A stretch of DNA of 64,000 nt from Abditibacteriaceae bacterium (GTDB lineage Bacteria; Armatimonadota; Abditibacteriia; Abditibacteriales; Abditibacteriaceae), in NCBI GenBank assembly GCA_965277285.1, contig OZ255721.1:1056001-1120000 (forward strand). Direction: 5' to 3'. The stretch's first letter is position 1. Each line of letters begins with the position of its first letter. The notes below the pieces were generated by a model that was given only the letters and a program-made list of their open reading frames with translations, ran no database searches and was not told the origin of the DNA. Below, in pieces: positions 59,810 through 64,000 of this stretch. Both the position numbers and the translations under genes were made by a program.

Positions 59810-59881
59810 GCGCTCGTAGCTCAATGGACAGAGCCGCAGCCTTCTAATCTGCTGATGAAGGTTCGATTCCTTCCGAGCGCA
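59810..59881 (+). tRNA. tRNA-Arg(TCT)
   Basis: GCGCTCG/CGAGCGC acceptor stem, GCAGC-CT-TCT-AA-TCTGC anticodon arm, GGTTCGATTCC. Confidence 0.92.
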
Positions 59882-60207
59882 TCCTTCGCTTTCACGCCCT
59901 GCTCTGCGCGCTATTTCCGCTTCCACGCACTTTCCACTTGCATCACAAGGCTGGCCAGTTGACAAGTCAGCGGGCTTGTGTCATATTTCACAAAGTAGTT
60001 TTGATGGTCACCTTTTGTTGCCGGAAGCGAATGTGTTTGCAACGTTTTCTTTCGGCGAATTTTTATTGGAGAAGTTGTTGATTGAATGTGTCGAAGACAT
60101 TATTCGACAGCGCGCCTGATGAGTTCTCATAACGAGTACTCGAACGAGCAGATGGAATACGGGCAGACTGGAAATACTGCTCGGGCGCCGATTATACCTT
60201 TTTGATT

Positions 60208-61377
60208 ATGAGTTCATCGTTATCCTGGACGCGCACTTTGCAACAGGCTCGACGCAGCCGCAGCGGACGTTTGCTGATGCCGATTTCAGCAAGTATTTTG
60301 TTGTTCAACGTGCTTCCCACCGGACTTGTGCCGGAAACCCTGAACCCGAGTAGCGCCGCCGAACCCACCACTTCCACCACCGCCTCCAACGCAGCCGCTT
60401 CTCAAAGCAGTTCTTCGGCTCCCGCCGTATCCGCTACCACCAACACGACGAAAGCCACAGATGCTTCGTCCCCTGTTTCAACTGTTGCGCCTTCAATTGC
60501 CACACCGTCTACTGCGACGCCGCGCGTCGGCACGCCGATTTCGGTTCGTGCCATTGTCGCGGGCAAAACGACGCGCGCTCAGGTCATTTTGACGCCGGAC
60601 GCGAACACCGTTGGCGCTGCTTTGCGTGCGATGGGCGTCACGGTCGGCAAGCTGGATCGCGTGCAGCCTTTGGCGAATGTGCGCGCTTACAACGGCATGA
60701 CGATTCGCATGACGCGCATTCGTGCTGATTTGCAGACGCGCTTTGTCACATTGGATCCCGAAACGCGTTACCTGCCGACAGCGAGCATTGAGCGCGGCGA
60801 AGTGCAGCGCATCCAAGTCGGCTTGCCTGGGCAACGCGCGATTGTCGAACGCGTTTGGTCGCGCGACGGCAAAATCTCGCAGCGCGAAATGGTTTCGCAA
60901 AACGTGAAAACTCTGCCTCGCCCAACTGTCATCGCTCTGGGAACACGCGCGCGCTATTTGCCGAACAGCATTCCTTACCACAATCGTTATGCGCAGGCTT
61001 ATCGCCTGGCGGCTCGTGGCGGTTCGCCTTTGGATCGCCTAAACGCGCGTTCGAGTACTCGAACGCCGACTTTCAGCGGTTCGTTGCGCGCCGTTCGCTC
61101 AATTGACCTTGTGGCAACGGGTTACAGCGGCGATCCGCGCGAAAACGGTGGTTCGACGCGCACTGCGACCGGTTTGCCGATTGGTTATGGCGCGGCAGCC
61201 GTTGACCCGCGCCTGATTCCTCTGGGCACCAAGTTGTATGTCGAAGGTTACGGCTACGCATTTGCGTGCGATACCGGCGGCGCCATCAAAGGTCATCGTA
61301 TCGACCTGGCGTATGATTCATATTACATCGCTAACACCAAAGGCCGCAAACACGTTCGCGCCTGGATTTTGCAGTAA
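60208..61377 (+). CDS. Cell-wall-associated DUF348/G5/3D-domain protein (YabE-like)
   Basis: G5-like region; ATGY...TATG...AVDPRLIPLGTKLYVEGYG...DTGGAIKGHRIDL. Confidence 0.9.
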   Translation: MSSSLSWTRTLQQARRSRSGRLLMPISASILLFNVLPTGLVPETLNPSSAAEPTTSTTASNAAASQSSSSAPAVSATTNTTKATDASSPVSTVAPSIATPSTATPRVGTPISVRAIVAGKTTRAQVILTPDANTVGAALRAMGVTVGKLDRVQPLANVRAYNGMTIRMTRIRADLQTRFVTLDPETRYLPTASIERGEVQRIQVGLPGQRAIVERVWSRDGKISQREMVSQNVKTLPRPTVIALGTRARYLPNSIPYHNRYAQAYRLAARGGSPLDRLNARSSTRTPTFSGSLRAVRSIDLVATGYSGDPRENGGSTRTATGLPIGYGAAAVDPRLIPLGTKLYVEGYGYAFACDTGGAIKGHRIDLAYDSYYIANTKGRKHVRAWILQ

Positions 61378-61392
61378 ATTTTTTGGCGAAGG

Positions 61393-61430
61393 AAAACCTC
61401 CAGAGATTGTTCTGGAGGTTTTTTGTTTTT
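61393..61430 (+). terminator. Rho-independent terminator
   Basis: AAAACCTCCAGA-6 nt-TCTGGAGGTTTTTT. Confidence 0.8.
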
Positions 61431-61489
61431 GGCATTTTTCATGTTGGTGTTTGTGCGATAATTAAGCGCAGAAACATGAGGAGACACCA

Positions 61490-62635
61490 ATGAGTACGCG
61501 AAAAGTCACCGCACTTTTAGTTTTAGCCGCCGCACTTGTCGGCGCCAACGCATTGAGCATCAACGCCGCGCGCGCTGACGTGACATGGGAACATATCGGA
61601 ACGCTGCAAACTTCGATGAACCCGAAAAAGCCGCTGCTTCAAGTCAAGATGTACAACACATGGACGGCGCAGCGTCATCGCCTGCTGCTGAACTATGCGG
61701 TCGCGCCTTCGATTGCCGGAAGAGCCGGAGAAATGCGCGACAGTTTGCCATCCATGCCGTCGATTCCCGCGCTGGCCGCCATGCCGTCCGATGGTTCGGT
61801 CAAACCCTTCGGTTCGATTGGTTTCGTGCAGCGTTTGGACGACGACCGCGTAATCGCTTATGAATCGCAGAGCCAGCGTTTCATCAGCGAGCCGCGCCTG
61901 GCATTGATGAAACGCTTGCGCTTCAATCCGTGGAAGAAACTGGCGCCGGAACTGGCCAACGAAGCGCCGCCGTCCTTGACCGATGAACAACGCACGCGCT
62001 TAAAAGCCGAAAGCGGCGCAATCCTGGCGCCGATTCGCAGTCGCATGGCCAAAACGTTTTTCCGCGCTTTGCCTGGGCAAAAGAACTTTTTCGGCTTAAT
62101 TGGAAACGGTTACCGCCTGACGCAATTGTTGAACGTTGGCGGCATGCACAAAAACCAATCGTGGATTCGCGTTTCAACGGAATGGTGGATCGCGCCCGAA
62201 GACGCCAGTGACGCCGACATCAACACCTTCCAGGCGCAGACGAAAAAAGACCGCGCTGATCTGGGCGGATTGACCAACTCGATGTGGCTCAACGAATACA
62301 TCGCATTGGCCGCGATTCCCAGCGACCCGATTTTGCGCGCCGCCTGGAACTCGTTGCAAATTCCCGCTGATGCGCCCGCCGGTGCGTTTCGTGGCACGCC
62401 GCTTTTAGTGATGACCAACATCACTCTACCGCCGCTGCAACGCGCGCGCTTCGGCGATGTTTTGTTCACTATGCGCTTGTCGCAGCGCAACACCGATCCA
62501 CTGGCGAACACGGTTTTCGATGTGCCGCAAGGTTACAAATCGTATGACATTCAACCCGCGTTGAAAAAACTCGATCCCGTTCTCGATGGCTCGGCGTGGA
62601 TTTCGCTGTGGGATTACGCGTTCAAAAACCAATAA
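61490..62635 (+). CDS. Hypothetical secreted protein
   Basis: GAGGAG RBS; signal peptide ending AARA. Confidence 0.75.
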   Translation: MSTRKVTALLVLAAALVGANALSINAARADVTWEHIGTLQTSMNPKKPLLQVKMYNTWTAQRHRLLLNYAVAPSIAGRAGEMRDSLPSMPSIPALAAMPSDGSVKPFGSIGFVQRLDDDRVIAYESQSQRFISEPRLALMKRLRFNPWKKLAPELANEAPPSLTDEQRTRLKAESGAILAPIRSRMAKTFFRALPGQKNFFGLIGNGYRLTQLLNVGGMHKNQSWIRVSTEWWIAPEDASDADINTFQAQTKKDRADLGGLTNSMWLNEYIALAAIPSDPILRAAWNSLQIPADAPAGAFRGTPLLVMTNITLPPLQRARFGDVLFTMRLSQRNTDPLANTVFDVPQGYKSYDIQPALKKLDPVLDGSAWISLWDYAFKNQ

Positions 62636-62647
62636 AATTCACTTCGT

Positions 62648-62720
62648 AACAACGAACCCGAAGCGTAAGCGCGGGAGATAGTACATTTATCTCCCGCGCT
62701 TATGCTTCGGGTTCGTTGTT
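62648..62720. repeat. REP-like inverted repeat, family A, between convergent genes
   Basis: AACAACGAACCCGAAGCGTAAGCGCGGGAGATA arms with one mismatch. Confidence 0.8.
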
Positions 62721-62741
62721 TTATTGAATCGAGTACTCGAT

Positions 62742-64000
62742 TTAGCTCATGTGTTCGATAATGTTGTCGCCGAACTCGGAACATTTGATTTCGGTTGCGC
62801 CTTCCATCTGGCGCGCGAAATCATAGGTCACGCGCTTGGAGGCAATAGCGCCGTCTAAGCCTTTCAGTATTAAATCGGCAGCTTCGTTCCAGCCCATGTA
62901 GCGCAGCATCATTTCGCCGCTGAGAACAACCGAGCCTGGATTGACACGATCCAAACCAGCGTATTTGGGCGCCGTTCCATGCGTCGCCTCGAAGATCGCG
63001 TGGCCCGTCACGTAGTTGATGTTGCCGCCCGGTGCGATGCCGATGCCACCGACTTGCGCCGCCAAAGCATCGCTCAGATAATCGCCGTTCAGGTTGAGCG
63101 TCGCAATCACATCGAAGTCTTCGGGGCGCGTCAAAACCTGCTGCAAAGTGATGTCGGCAATCGCGTCTTTGATGACGATTCCGGCGCCGTCGCGTCCTTC
63201 AGGAATCTTGCACCACGGGCCGCCGTCAATTTCGACCGCGCCAAAAGCGTCTTTGGCCAATTGATAACCCCAGTCGCGGAAAGCGCCTTCGGTGTATTTC
63301 ATGATGTTGCCCTTATGGACAAGCGTCACGCTTTTCTGCTTGTTCTTGATCGCGTACTCGATGGCCGCATAAACCAAACGCTGCGTGCCCAACTTGGAAA
63401 CCGGTTTGATGCCGATGCCGACTTCGACTGGCAATTCGTCCGGACCCGAAGGCATCGCGCGTTTGGCAAACTCGGTCGTCGCTTCTGGTGTGCCGAAACG
63501 AATTTTCTTGAAGTCGTTGGGCATTTCGGTCTGGATGAAGTTCAAAACCTTGAGCGCCGCTTCACTGCCCGCCTCGAAGTCGATGCCCGCGTAAATGTCT
63601 TCGGTGTTCTCGCGGAAGATCACCATATCGACTTTTTCTGGGTGCTTGACCGGACTCGGCGTACCTTGAAAATAATGTACTGGACGCAAGCACACATAAA
63701 GGTCGAGCATTTGGCGTAACGCGACGTTCAAGCTGCGAATGCCGCCGCCGACCGGCGTTGTCAGCGGCCCTTTGATGCCAACCAGGTACTCATCAAAGGC
63801 CGCGACTGTTTCATCGGGCAGCCAGTTATTGAACTTCTGAAAAGCGTCTTCGCCCGCGAAAACTTCTTTCCACTCGATCTTCTTTTGTCCGCCGTAAGCC
63901 TTCTCAACTGCCGCATCAAAGACGCGCACGCTGGATGCCCAAATGTCGGGACCGGTGCCATCGCCGCGGATAAAGGGAATCGTCGGGTTGTTGGGAACTT
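62742..64000 (-). CDS. icd: NADP-dependent isocitrate dehydrogenase, 5' end outside the window
   Basis: [68 protein letters not shown]. Confidence 0.98.
   Translation of the reverse strand, partial: VPNNPTIPFIRGDGTGPDIWASSVRVFDAAVEKAYGGQKKIEWKEVFAGEDAFQKFNNWLPDETVAAFDEYLVGIKGPLTTPVGGGIRSLNVALRQMLDLYVCLRPVHYFQGTPSPVKHPEKVDMVIFRENTEDIYAGIDFEAGSEAALKVLNFIQTEMPNDFKKIRFGTPEATTEFAKRAMPSGPDELPVEVGIGIKPVSKLGTQRLVYAAIEYAIKNKQKSVTLVHKGNIMKYTEGAFRDWGYQLAKDAFGAVEIDGGPWCKIPEGRDGAGIVIKDAIADITLQQVLTRPEDFDVIATLNLNGDYLSDALAAQVGGIGIAPGGNINYVTGHAIFEATHGTAPKYAGLDRVNPGSVVLSGEMMLRYMGWNEAADLILKGLDGAIASKRVTYDFARQMEGATEIKCSEFGDNIIEHMS

Larger units (their letters stand above)
137..62740. repeat. Dispersed highly iterated palindrome (TC)GAGTACTC(GA)
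   Basis: Manual count of about 66 GAGTACTC and about 29 TCGAGTACTCGA, e.g. 1611, 2223, 3152, 5759, 7890, 11103, 13977, 34561, 48482, 61051, 62729. Confidence 0.95.

Noticed and set aside
137..62740. Palindrome as a cloning linker or assembly artefact
   Set aside because: Copies keep the reading frames of conserved genes intact, show natural degenerate variants, and are unevenly distributed by gene origin. A read-level check is still advisable.

Overview
Bacterial chromosome segment, roughly 55% GC by eye. Host genes at the left end are a GT9 glycosyltransferase, obgE, a Ser/Thr kinase, an ACT-malic enzyme, chrA and purM. At the right end are a 3D/G5 cell-wall protein and icd. Between them is a ~45.2 kb tyrosine-integrase element (defective prophage) inserted in tRNA-Gly(TCC), with a 44-bp att duplication at 14557-14600 and 59705-59748. 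The insertion splits a tRNA-Pro/Gly/Arg cluster. The element carries secreted enzyme-ricin-lectin fusions, a GGDEF protein, a tail/fibre-like cluster with no recognisable head genes, a TylF-methyltransferase/GT9 fusion, four TA-like modules, two ParB-like proteins, a LexA-like repressor and an IS1595 element with passenger genes. The most striking signal is a highly iterated palindrome, (TC)GAGTACTC(GA). My hand count gives about 66 GAGTACTC copies, about 29 of them the full 12-mer TCGAGTACTCGA, against about 1 expected for the 8-mer. It sits inside conserved genes in all three frames and is absent from recently acquired cargo ORFs. Paired copies form hairpins at cargo boundaries, and one hairpin appears split by a 1.67 kb insertion. 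This looks like a HIP1- or DUS-like genome signature with a possible role in recombination. All counts are manual and all family calls come from motif recognition, without database searches.
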